Shown here: piece by piece, positions 37,614-46,917 of the stretch
Numbering within the stretch: the stretch's first letter is position 1
Layout: every line of letters begins with the position of its first letter
Assembly: GCA_965261395.1 (NCBI GenBank)
Contig: OZ253462.1
Span: forward strand, 992,001-1,056,000
Direction of reading: 5' to 3'
DNA length: 64,000 nucleotides
From: Candidatus Latescibacterota bacterium
GTDB taxonomy: Bacteria > Latescibacterota > UBA2968 > UBA8231
Made by a program: the position numbers and the translations under genes
Notes under the pieces: generated by a model
What the model saw: only the letters and a program-made list of their open reading frames with translations
Told to the model about the DNA's origin: nothing
The model's database searches: none

Positions 37614-40600
37614 TTACTGCGACGGATTCTCTGGTCGTTGCAACCCGTGCTTGCGCATTCGATAGCGCAGCTTCTCCGGGCCTATGTCCAACAGACGAGC
37701 CGCCCCTCGGGGGCCATAGATCCGCCAGTTGGTGGCTTGGAGGGCCGCTAAAATGCGCTGTTTTTCGTCCTCATCTTCAGCATCCCCGTCGAAGCCTTGT
37801 TCAACAGGCAGGGCAAGCTCCACCTCGGTAGCCTGAAGCGGCACATCTGCCACCTGAATGACGTCCCTGTTGCCCAACACGACCGCCTGCTGAACTATAT
37901 GCTCCAATTCGCGCACGTTCCCCGGCCACGCATATTGCTGCAAATGCGCCACCACTTCCTCGCCCAAAACCGGCGTCGGCCTCCCGAGCTGTTCGGCGCA
38001 CCGGCTCGCAAAATGAGCTGCCAAGAGCGGAATATCCTCCTGACGCTCCCGCAGGGGCGGCAGAACTACCGAGAGTACGCTCAGCCGATAGAATAGATCC
38101 TCGCGGAACGTCCCCGCCTGAATGGCCTCTTCCAGATCCTTGTTAGTCGCAGCGACGACCCGCACATCTACGGGGATAGACTGCTCGCCGCCGACGCGCG
38201 TCAGGTGGCCTTCCTCCAAGATGTGGAGCAAGGCCCGTTGGGAGTCTAGGGGCAAATCGCCCACCTCGTCGAGGAACAAGGTGCCGCCATTGGCCCGTTC
38301 AAAGTAGCCGATCTTTTGGGCATTCGCGCTGGTAAAGGCCCCCTTCTCGTGGCCGAACAGTTCGCTTTCGATCAGCCCGGCGGATAGGCCCCCGCAATTG
38401 ACAGGTATAAAAGGGTTCGCTTGGCGCGGGCTAAGATTGTGGAGCAGCCGCGCCAACACTCCCTTGCCGACCCCGGTCTCGCCCAGCACCAGCACCGTCA
38501 TATCCGTCTCGGCCATTGATTCGACTTGATCGAGGAGCCGTGCCATGGCTTGGCTCTGGCTGAGAAAACCCTGATTCGAGACCCGCAGCATTTGCTCTAG
38601 ACGCCGGAGGTGGGTGGGGACCACTCGCACCGCTAGGCGAGCTATGTCCGACATCAAGCCATCCCTATCTATGGTCCGCACTTCAAAGTGGAACAGGCCG
38701 GCCGGCACGTCTTGGTACGTCACTCGATTGGCGGGTGTGAACGCGCTCCACTCTTCTGCCGGGCCGTGGCCGACGAGCCGGTGGCTGTAGCGCATCTGCT
38801 CTGCTCCGCTTCTGAAACTGGTGCCTTGGAAGTGGAACTGAATCTCGGGGGTGCTCTCCGGGCAGGACACGGCTTGGGGTTCGTTCCAAGTCCGCCCGGC
38901 CACGACTTGGCGGATGCGGATGCGAGGCGGCGTCTCCCCGGGCTGATACGCGATGAGACCAGCCCGCGTCCCGAACCACAGCCGGCCTTGGCTATCGTGC
39001 AGAATGGCCTCGACGATATTCTCAAGGGCGGCTTTTCCCAGTCGGATGCTTTGGAAGGTCCGACCATCGTACTTAAGCACGCCCCCGCCGCTGGTCCCAA
39101 TCCACAGACATTCTTGCTGCGGATCGGCCACCAAGGCCAGAATGCCATTGGCGGACAGATCGCCTTGGTCTGCCGTAAATTGGCGCACCTCTTTAGATTG
39201 GCAGTCAATGGCGAAAAGGCCGTGAGCGGTTCCCACCCAAATCGCGTCCTGGTACTCACACAAAGCATTCACATAAGCGACGGCTTCTATGCCGGCCATG
39301 TCACACGCGCGGAGATGACCATCCCTGTAATTGTATAGAGCCGGTTTTGTTCCATGGAGGCCGAGCCAGAAGGAGCCTTCTCGATCCTGTAGCACGACTC
39401 TGCAAAAGGGCCACTGATCCTCAATCGCGGTGAAGCGGTCCCCTTCGATCCATCCGAATTGCTCCTCGGAAATGTAGGCGTTTAAGCGCCCTTCCCGGCC
39501 TTGGAATAACATCTTGATTTCTACGGAACCGTCCTCTGCGGAGACTGTGATCGCTTGGGTTTCTTTATCTATCGACTTGAATACTTGTCCATCGGGGCCA
39601 CTACTCCAAACCTGCCCTTGTCGATCTACTACCATAGAGAAGACGGTGTAACCGACCTGCACCGGACGGATCCGGTCGTCCTCTAAGCAGGCCAAGCCTC
39701 CGGTAGTACCGATCCAGACTCGGCCCTCCCGATCTTCACTCAGACACCGGACCTCGCTGTCGGGCAGGCCGTCTTCTTTGTCGTATAGCTGAATACTGAT
39801 CGGATCGCAAAAGATCAGCCCGCCTCCCCATAGCCCCACCCAAATATTTCCCTCGCTGTCCTCGTAGGTCAGGCGCGTATCCGAAAAGTGAACATCCGGC
39901 AAACCGGCTGAGAAAGGATGCCATTCCTTCCCGTCGTACACTAACACGCCTCGGCGACTCAGCCAGAGCCGACCGCGGTCGTCCACGCGCACATGGCGCG
40001 TTCCATGCTGGACGACTTCCGTCCCCTCAACCCCAGCATCCACGCGGATGATCTCGAATTGTTGACTCGCGGGCTCGTAGCGGCCTACAACCACTTCTGT
40101 ACCTACGTAGCGGAAAGCGATCCACAGGTTGCCAGCGGCGTCATGGGCGAAATTCCAAGGCCACTGCAATTGCGTCGCGTCGTGCCCATCGACTGAATCT
40201 GTGTTCATGCGCTGGCCGTCCAAGCTGATGACTCCCCGCTCCCACGTCGCCAGCCAGGTTGTACCTGCTGCGTCGGTAGCCATGTCGTACACCAGTCCTA
40301 GGGGCTGACCCGCCAGTTCCGTCATATGCTCTACGCACCGTCCTTCGACGAACCGACCCACTCCGGCTGTGGTCAGCACCCACACCGAGCTGTCGGCTTG
40401 GGTTTGTAGGCCCAATATTTCGTTGGAAGGTAGCCCATGTTCGGTGGTGTACACCTGAAAGCCACGCCCGTCGTATGCAGCTAGCCCGCCGCCGAACGTG
40501 CCGAATAACAGCCGTCCGTCCGCGTCTTCGTTGATAGCTGTTACGGTGAGATGGGGCAGTCCGTCCGACAGGCCAAAGGTATCGAAGTGCGCTCCGTCGA

Positions 40601-40760
40601 ATCGGCTTACGCCGCCATCGGTTGTGCCGACCCAGAGGAGGCCGTGGCGGTCTTGGTAGATGTCCTCCACGTACATCCCGGCCAACCCGTCGAAAACCGT
40701 GTATTGCTGTCCGAGGATGTGACCAAATGCCTTGTTCTGGTTTGGGGCCGCATGGTTCAT
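37614..40760 (-). CDS. Sigma54-dependent enhancer-binding protein with N-terminal Reg_prop beta-propeller + Y_Y_Y-like region
   Basis: Repeated D..G.LWVGT..GG / GLP propeller motifs; GETGVGKG, ELFGHEKGAFTSA, LFLDEVG, FREDLFYRL, WPGNVREL; Fis HTH. Confidence 0.92.
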   Translation of the reverse strand: MNHAAPNQNKAFGHILGQQYTVFDGLAGMYVEDIYQDRHGLLWVGTTDGGVSRFDGAHFDTFGLSDGLPHLTVTAINEDADGRLLFGTFGGGLAAYDGRGFQVYTTEHGLPSNEILGLQTQADSSVWVLTTAGVGRFVEGRCVEHMTELAGQPLGLVYDMATDAAGTTWLATWERGVISLDGQRMNTDSVDGHDATQLQWPWNFAHDAAGNLWIAFRYVGTEVVVGRYEPASQQFEIIRVDAGVEGTEVVQHGTRHVRVDDRGRLWLSRRGVLVYDGKEWHPFSAGLPDVHFSDTRLTYEDSEGNIWVGLWGGGLIFCDPISIQLYDKEDGLPDSEVRCLSEDREGRVWIGTTGGLACLEDDRIRPVQVGYTVFSMVVDRQGQVWSSGPDGQVFKSIDKETQAITVSAEDGSVEIKMLFQGREGRLNAYISEEQFGWIEGDRFTAIEDQWPFCRVVLQDREGSFWLGLHGTKPALYNYRDGHLRACDMAGIEAVAYVNALCEYQDAIWVGTAHGLFAIDCQSKEVRQFTADQGDLSANGILALVADPQQECLWIGTSGGGVLKYDGRTFQSIRLGKAALENIVEAILHDSQGRLWFGTRAGLIAYQPGETPPRIRIRQVVAGRTWNEPQAVSCPESTPEIQFHFQGTSFRSGAEQMRYSHRLVGHGPAEEWSAFTPANRVTYQDVPAGLFHFEVRTIDRDGLMSDIARLAVRVVPTHLRRLEQMLRVSNQGFLSQSQAMARLLDQVESMAETDMTVLVLGETGVGKGVLARLLHNLSPRQANPFIPVNCGGLSAGLIESELFGHEKGAFTSANAQKIGYFERANGGTLFLDEVGDLPLDSQRALLHILEEGHLTRVGGEQSIPVDVRVVAATNKDLEEAIQAGTFREDLFYRLSVLSVVLPPLRERQEDIPLLAAHFASRCAEQLGRPTPVLGEEVVAHLQQYAWPGNVRELEHIVQQAVVLGNRDVIQVADVPLQATEVELALPVEQGFDGDAEDEDEKQRILAALQATNWRIYGPRGAARLLDIGPEKLRYRMRKHGLQRPENPSQ

Positions 40761-40777
40761 TTTTAATCTCGTTCATC

Positions 40778-40848
40778 GGGGCGACCGGCCGGTTGCCCCT
40801 ACGGAGATGGTGAGGGATCGGCGAAAGGACTCCCTTCCCGACCCCTAC
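40778..40848. repeat. Two adjacent GTAG-type REP-like palindromes
   Basis: ggggcgaccggccggttgcccctac and gggatcgg...cccgacccctac; the second contains the TAG stop of the AKR gene. Confidence 0.65.
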
Positions 40849-41867
40849 GATGGCGTCGGCGCGTCTTCCCGCAACAGTCCTTCCGTCTTTAGCTCGGCCC
40901 ACAGGTCCGTTGGTATTTCGTGCTGAAACCACTGTGCGTTGGTCTCGATGTGCGCCGGTGTCTGCGCCCCCGGGATAATCGCCGCGACGAGGGGGTTCCC
41001 AAGTGGGAACTGCATGGCGGCGGCGGGCAAGGGCACGTCGTGCCGCTGGCAGACGGCTTGGATGCGGCGGGTCTTTGCGAGGATCTCGGGCGAGGCGGTG
41101 TCATAGGCGTAGCGAGCACCTTCGACCGGGCCTGTGGCGAGGATGCCGGAAGCGAAGACCGCGCCGATGACGATGCGCACGTCGCGCTCTTCGCAGAGCG
41201 GGAACTCCTCGTCAAGGGACTCTTGGTCCAAGAGCGTATAGGGCATGGCGACGATACAGAAGTCCAGGTCCACTCCGTCGAGCAGGCGCGGCATGGCCCC
41301 CATGCGGTTGAGGCCCGCGCCGACGGCCTTGATCAGTCCCTGCGAGCGCAGCTTGTCGAGGGCGCGCCAGCCGCTGGTGATTAGGTGGTTGACGTGGGCG
41401 GAGAAGCGCTGTTCGCTGTCGTGGAAGAAGCTGTCGAGGTCGTGGATCAACAGCAGGTCGATGGAGTTGAGGCTCAGCCGCTGCAAGCTGTCTTCCCACG
41501 AGCGCATGATGCCGTCGTATCCGTAGTCGAAGCGGAAGTCGAAGGGCAGGCCGCCGACCCAGAAGCCCTTTTCGAAAGAATCGAGGTCGCGGGTGGCCGT
41601 GAGCACCCGGCCGACCTTGGTCGAAAGCACGAAGTCCTTGCGCTCCTGCTGGCGGAGAAAGTGGCCGAGGCGGTGCTCGCTCTTGCCATAGCCGTAGAAC
41701 GGGGCGGTGTCGTAGTAGCGGATGCCGGCGTTCCAGGCCGCTTGCAGGGTGTCTTGGGCTTGGGGTTCGCTGACAGGGTCGAAAAGCTCGCCCAAAGGAG
41801 CACCGCCAAAGCCGAGCGTGCTTAGCTCGACGCCGGTGCGCAGAGCGCGCGTGGGGATGGTGGACAT
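40845..41867 (-). CDS. Aldo/keto reductase (D-threo-aldose 1-dehydrogenase-like)
   Basis: LGFGGAPLG, YDTAPFYG, STKVGR, SLQRL, IHD. Confidence 0.9.
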   Translation of the reverse strand: MSTIPTRALRTGVELSTLGFGGAPLGELFDPVSEPQAQDTLQAAWNAGIRYYDTAPFYGYGKSEHRLGHFLRQQERKDFVLSTKVGRVLTATRDLDSFEKGFWVGGLPFDFRFDYGYDGIMRSWEDSLQRLSLNSIDLLLIHDLDSFFHDSEQRFSAHVNHLITSGWRALDKLRSQGLIKAVGAGLNRMGAMPRLLDGVDLDFCIVAMPYTLLDQESLDEEFPLCEERDVRIVIGAVFASGILATGPVEGARYAYDTASPEILAKTRRIQAVCQRHDVPLPAAAMQFPLGNPLVAAIIPGAQTPAHIETNAQWFQHEIPTDLWAELKTEGLLREDAPTPS

Positions 41868-41924
41868 GGGATGCTTCCTTTCGTTTGTAGGTTGCTCTAG
41901 AATTTGGTGCTAAAGTGAAGCAGC

Positions 41925-43106
41925 TCAGAAGTGGCCGTGATGCGATTCGGCTGGTGCTTGGTACTCCACCTTGAGGTGGGGCGTTTCGAGTCGCTTGTGG
42001 CCCTCCACTTTGGAAGTCAGGCAGCTTTCGAGCGCGCCGCTGACGATTAGGGTGCGCTCGGCGGGAAAGGGCGCTTGGCCGCTCTCGAACATTTCCCAGA
42101 TCTTGGCCACCAAACAGGCCGAATACGTGACGTTGGGCGTCGGCGGCAAGAAAAATTGGGTCGAGATGGGATCGTCTTCGCCCGCGAGCTTACAGGCGAA
42201 GCAGTAGTCGCGGATAGCGCCGTTGAGCATCAGGAGGGTCGTCTTGAGGCCGTCGTTGTGCTCGATGAAGTACGCGGCCGGCTCTTTGACGAGTCGGGGC
42301 AACTCGCCGTTGCCCAGCAGGTCTTGGGTGCGGCCGTCCTCGTCGGTTTTGCCGCAAGGGGAGTCGCTGCGCGAGAGGGCAGAGTCGAGCAGTTCCAGCG
42401 AATAGCGTCCCTCCTCGCCCGCTTTCCACACGTCGTCTCCTTCGATCAATTGGACGGATTTGACGCCGGTCTCGCCGCCTGAGCGGCGCTCGATCATGCA
42501 CTGCATGGCCTCTAGCGCGTGGTAATCCATCGGGTCGGAGCCGCCGACGCCGACCATCAGCGCCTCTTCGATCTGGCAGCCCAAGGGCAGCTCGACATCG
42601 GGCAGACGCCAAGTGACCGGCAGCGAGGAACCGGCCAGGATCGGGAAGCCGAGCCGGTGGCCGTCGGCGACCATTTCTTGCGCCTTGTCGAAGCTGTAGG
42701 AGAGGTGCTTGTCGTTGTAGATGGGCGCGGCGCGGCCGTCTGCTTCAAAGACCTTGACGCATTCTTTGAAGAACTCGTAGCGCGGGTAGAGCTTTTGCCC
42801 CTTTTCGTTGTTGGGGTACTCGCCGTGCTCACCGATGATCAGGACGGCGTCGCAAGCTAGCTCGTCGCCGCCGCAGCGCAGGGCCTCGGCGATGGTGGGG
42901 TACACGGCAAAGCCGAATTCGCGCGCCCGGTCTTGGCTCTGGTCTCCTTCGGGCTGCTGATCAACGTAGAGCGAGACGATTTTGCAGTCGGGACGGTGCC
43001 AGCGCCCGCCGTAGGGATAGCCGACTAAGAAGCGGTCGGCAAAGTGCTGGGCGTGCGAGAGGTAGCGATAGATGGTAGCGATGACGGCGATGCGTTTGGT
43101 AGCCAT
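41925..43106 (-). CDS. Conserved hypothetical oxidoreductase-like protein, paralog 1
   Basis: SHAQH, EHGEY, YNDKHL, AGSSLPVTWR, YHALE shared with the next gene. Confidence 0.7.
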   Translation of the reverse strand: MATKRIAVIATIYRYLSHAQHFADRFLVGYPYGGRWHRPDCKIVSLYVDQQPEGDQSQDRAREFGFAVYPTIAEALRCGGDELACDAVLIIGEHGEYPNNEKGQKLYPRYEFFKECVKVFEADGRAAPIYNDKHLSYSFDKAQEMVADGHRLGFPILAGSSLPVTWRLPDVELPLGCQIEEALMVGVGGSDPMDYHALEAMQCMIERRSGGETGVKSVQLIEGDDVWKAGEEGRYSLELLDSALSRSDSPCGKTDEDGRTQDLLGNGELPRLVKEPAAYFIEHNDGLKTTLLMLNGAIRDYCFACKLAGEDDPISTQFFLPPTPNVTYSACLVAKIWEMFESGQAPFPAERTLIVSGALESCLTSKVEGHKRLETPHLKVEYQAPAESHHGHF

Positions 43107-43183
43107 GGGCGACGAATGCTCCGGGGAAAGAGGCGAGGGGGTTCGGTGGTTGCTGCCCTTACGAGAAATGCGGATGGGGCATC

Positions 43184-44377
43184 CTAAGTTCTCCAGAAAG
43201 TGGATTCTTCGGTGGCCTGGTAGGCGATGTTTAGATGGGGCGTCTCGACTTGGGTCTGGTCTTGTTGGAGGCTATCGACGCCGGCGATGACCAAGCCCGA
43301 AGTGAGCAGGGTGCGTTCAACCGGATAGGTGGCTTTGCCGGTCAGGAACATCTGCTCGATGTTGTTGGCCTGCGGGCTGAAGAAATTGGCCAGCGTGGTG
43401 CGGGCCGGGGGCATGGGCAAGTACATCTGAGTCGAGAGCGGCTCGTCCCGTCCCTTGAGCCGAGCGGCGAAGTTGAAGTCTTGGACTAGCCCGTTCGTCA
43501 GAATCATGGTCGAGAGGAGGCCGTCGGCGTGCTCGTACTGGTAGGCGATGGGGCTTTCGACTAGGTGCTTGAGTTCGTCGATGGTGGGGAAAGGATTGTT
43601 GAACCCAGGTCTTGCCGGAGTGAGCGTGTGGCTGCGGCAGAGGCAGGCTTCAAAGAGCGCAGGCGACCACACACCCTCGGCGTGCGCTTGCCAGAAGGCA
43701 TCGTCGCGGTAGGCCCGGAGCCATTTGACGCCCGTTTCGCCGCCCTTTCTGCGCTCGACCATGCATTGCAAAGTCTCCAGCCCGTGGAAGTCGTAGCTAT
43801 CGACGCCGCCATAGCAGACGCAGACAGCTTCTTCGACCTCAGCACCGAGGGGCATGTCGAGCGAAGGGGTGCGCCAAGTGACGGGCAACGAAGAGCCGGC
43901 CATAAAGGCGAAGTCGAGTTCGCGCGAAATATCGTACATCTCTTGGCACCAGTCCCAGTTCCAAGAAAGATGCTTGTCGTTGAATACGGGCGCACTCTTG
44001 CCGGCAGTGCGATAGACCGAGGCGATCTGTTTGAAAAGCTCGTAGCGCGGGTAGAGGTGCTGGCCCTTTTCGTTGTGGCCGTAGCTACCGTGCTCGGCGA
44101 TGAGTAGGACGCCATCGACGGCCAAATCGGCCCCGCCCAGCGTCAGGGCGTCGGCAACGGTGGGGTAGATCGCCATGTGGGGAAAGCGGGTCGCTCGATC
44201 TTGGCTCAGATCGCCTTCGGGACGCTGATCCACGTACAGCGAGACCAGATCCATGGGCGGGTGGTGGTGCCGGCTGTTCCAGCCGTAGCCTTCGAGGAAG
44301 CGGTCGCAGATGTGCTGGGCGTGGGAGTACTTGCGGTACTCGGTGACGATGCCGGCGATTTTGGGGCGGTCGGCCAT
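43184..44377 (-). CDS. Conserved hypothetical oxidoreductase-like protein, paralog 2
   Basis: SHAQH, FNDKHL, AGSSLPVTWR, FHGLE. Confidence 0.7.
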   Translation of the reverse strand: MADRPKIAGIVTEYRKYSHAQHICDRFLEGYGWNSRHHHPPMDLVSLYVDQRPEGDLSQDRATRFPHMAIYPTVADALTLGGADLAVDGVLLIAEHGSYGHNEKGQHLYPRYELFKQIASVYRTAGKSAPVFNDKHLSWNWDWCQEMYDISRELDFAFMAGSSLPVTWRTPSLDMPLGAEVEEAVCVCYGGVDSYDFHGLETLQCMVERRKGGETGVKWLRAYRDDAFWQAHAEGVWSPALFEACLCRSHTLTPARPGFNNPFPTIDELKHLVESPIAYQYEHADGLLSTMILTNGLVQDFNFAARLKGRDEPLSTQMYLPMPPARTTLANFFSPQANNIEQMFLTGKATYPVERTLLTSGLVIAGVDSLQQDQTQVETPHLNIAYQATEESTFWRT

Positions 44378-44522
44378 GATGTTAGTCCCTCGATAGGGGG
44401 CGGTATTAGCGGTTTTGGAGAGGGAAGGTAGGAGAAGGGAGTTGGGGGGGCAAGCTCAACTCAATGCCCACCCTGACCGTATCGTATATTGTCATGCACT
44501 TACCCAAAACCAAGAGGCAACC

Positions 44523-45770
44523 ATGCAGACGATCACTGTATCGCGCAATGACGAGATCTACGAGGCCTTCGCCGATGTGGCCCAAGCGGCCGACGGTACC
44601 CTAGTATGCACCTACCGCGAGAGCATGGGACACAGTTCGCGCCCTTTTTCTCGCATAATCGTACGCCGCAGCTTCGACCGGGGGCTGACTTGGGGCCCGC
44701 GCCAAGTGGTGGTGGAGCGCACCGAGGAGGAAACCGCCCAAGGGCTGGGACGGCTCAACTGCTCGCGCATCGCCGCCTGCCGCGACGGGACTTTGTTGCT
44801 CGTCGTTGACTTACTGCTCAAGGATACCTTTGCAGAATACCTAGACCCAGGCATCTGCATGAACCTCTTGTTGCGCAGCCACGACAACGGGGCCACTTGG
44901 GAGGGGCCGGAAGAGACCGGCATGACCGAGGGCATCGTCCCCTCCATCAAGGAACTGTCCAACGGCGACCTGATCGTCGGCCTCACCGAACAGTGGCCCG
45001 GCCAGCGGGGGACCGAGGATTTTATCGAGGTGCAGACGTGCTACCTGTCCACCGACCAAGGCCGGACTTGGGAAGGCCCTTTCAAGGTGCCCAACCCCGA
45101 AGGTTCGTCCTGCACCGGGCTGCCTTGGCGTCTAAACGAGGGGGATTTCGCCGAAATGGACGATGGCTCCTTGGTGCTCTACATGCGCGAGGACGGCGAG
45201 GGCCTGAGCGGCTGGAAGAGCTTTTCCAGCGACGGCGGCCGGACGTGGTCAACGCCGGTCCGCACCCACATGATGCGCTGTCTGGGTCGCCCCTCGGTGG
45301 GTCGCCTGCGCTCGGGGGAGGTGGCCATTACCTACCGAGTCGCCTGCGGTCTTTCTACTTCCCTGGGGCTCTACGTGGAGACCGCGGCGGAGGCCCTGCG
45401 CGGCTTACCCGCCCGAGCGGGTGCTTCAGCCGACCCGGAGCAATATCAGGGAGGAACCGAGGCCCGTTTCGCCTTTCTGGACAACGACCGCGCCCTGTCG
45501 GCCGACAGCGGCTATTCGGGCTGGGTGCAACTACCCGACGGGACGCTCTACGTAGTCAATTACATCACCGACGACGCGCCCCGTGCCCACATTCGCGGCT
45601 ATGTAGTGGGCCGCGAGGCTTGGTATCTCTTTCCCGAGGGAGCGATCCACTCCAATACTCCCTTGTCGAACAATCCCCACTACTACGACAAGGCCCAGCA
45701 AATGGCTCTTGAACAGCGACGCTGGGTTGACGAGCAAGATTGGTCGCGCCGCGTGCCGACGCAGAAATAG
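44523..45770 (+). CDS. BNR/Asp-box sialidase-like protein
   Basis: Asp-boxes SFDRGLTW, SHDNGATW, STDQGRTW, SSDGGRTW; DSGY; start ATG 44523 after GAGG. Confidence 0.85.
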   Translation: MQTITVSRNDEIYEAFADVAQAADGTLVCTYRESMGHSSRPFSRIIVRRSFDRGLTWGPRQVVVERTEEETAQGLGRLNCSRIAACRDGTLLLVVDLLLKDTFAEYLDPGICMNLLLRSHDNGATWEGPEETGMTEGIVPSIKELSNGDLIVGLTEQWPGQRGTEDFIEVQTCYLSTDQGRTWEGPFKVPNPEGSSCTGLPWRLNEGDFAEMDDGSLVLYMREDGEGLSGWKSFSSDGGRTWSTPVRTHMMRCLGRPSVGRLRSGEVAITYRVACGLSTSLGLYVETAAEALRGLPARAGASADPEQYQGGTEARFAFLDNDRALSADSGYSGWVQLPDGTLYVVNYITDDAPRAHIRGYVVGREAWYLFPEGAIHSNTPLSNNPHYYDKAQQMALEQRRWVDEQDWSRRVPTQK

Positions 45771-45776
45771 ACTCTA

Positions 45777-46745
45777 TCAGACCCGTTCGAGTGCGGTCAG
45801 ATCAAACGGGTTGGACCACGCCTTGTGGCCGCGGTCGTCAACGATCTCGAAGCGCACCCAGCGGGCGTTGGCCCGGAGCGCGAAGGTCGCGGTCTCAAAG
45901 AGGGCACCGTGCTGATGGTACTCAGTGCCGAAAGAATCGGACACCGCGGCGATGCGCTGCGCCGGCGAGCAAGACACCGTGGCTTCGACCTGGGTGCGCT
46001 CGTCGCCTTCGCGGTCGGTGCGGCGGAGCTGGATGTCGTGGATTGCGGGCCCGGTGCTGCCGTACGATGCGCCCGCGACTAGGGCGGCAACGATCGCGTC
46101 GGCGGTGCGCTCTTTGACGCGGACCCAGGTCCAGCCTTGGTAGGTGTCGCGCTGGTCGGCTTCGAGGGCGTGCGAATCGTCGTTGGCCAGCGCGGGGTAG
46201 AGGCGATTCTCTAGATCCATCCAGTCGTCCCAATGCACGCTCGACTCGCCGCGTCCGGCGCAGCGGCAGGTGGTGTTGAAGACTTCGATGCCGGCGAACC
46301 CGGTGAGTGGCACCGCGTCGCGCAGGATATTGACCGAACTCCAGTGGGGATGGGCCAGCCAGACAGCGCCGCCTTGGCGTCGGACCTCGTCGATGACGTG
46401 CTGGGGGGGCATCTTATCCGCATTCATGTTTTCGTGGATATTGATACAGACGAAGTGGTGCCGCTCGCCGCCGAAGGGGTTGTCCGGGTGCAGTTCGGCC
46501 CCCTGGATGAGCACGAAGTCGCTCGGGGCCTGCACAGAATCGATAAAGGTGATTTTGTGGTGGTCGGACAGGCAGAGGAAGTCGTAGCCTTGGCCGACAT
46601 AGCCGTCGAGTCGCTCTTGCGGCGCGGCTCTGCCGTCGGAATTGGTCGTGTGCGAGTGGAGATTGCCCTTGAGCCAGGTGTAGCCGTCGTCCGTGCTGAG
46701 GGCAAATGGGTTGGTCAGTGCGCCTTTAGGTGCGATATCCGACAT
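45777..46745 (-). CDS. PHP-domain (CehA/McbA-like) metallohydrolase
   Basis: KGNLHSHTTNSDG, SDH, AHP, NDDSH. Confidence 0.9.
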   Translation of the reverse strand: MSDIAPKGALTNPFALSTDDGYTWLKGNLHSHTTNSDGRAAPQERLDGYVGQGYDFLCLSDHHKITFIDSVQAPSDFVLIQGAELHPDNPFGGERHHFVCINIHENMNADKMPPQHVIDEVRRQGGAVWLAHPHWSSVNILRDAVPLTGFAGIEVFNTTCRCAGRGESSVHWDDWMDLENRLYPALANDDSHALEADQRDTYQGWTWVRVKERTADAIVAALVAGASYGSTGPAIHDIQLRRTDREGDERTQVEATVSCSPAQRIAAVSDSFGTEYHQHGALFETATFALRANARWVRFEIVDDRGHKAWSNPFDLTALERV

Positions 46746-46917
46746 TTTGGTCCTTTCTCTGGGAGGGGAGTTTGCGTGGGTTGTCAGCGTTGGACGGCAT
46801 AGTATAGAGCGGCCATCTTAGGGAAGCAACAGGGCTTATGCGTCCTGCGTCTTATCTATGGTGGTTTTGTAACCAGAACGTCATAGATCGTACTCTCTCC
46901 TGTAATATTGCAGGTCT

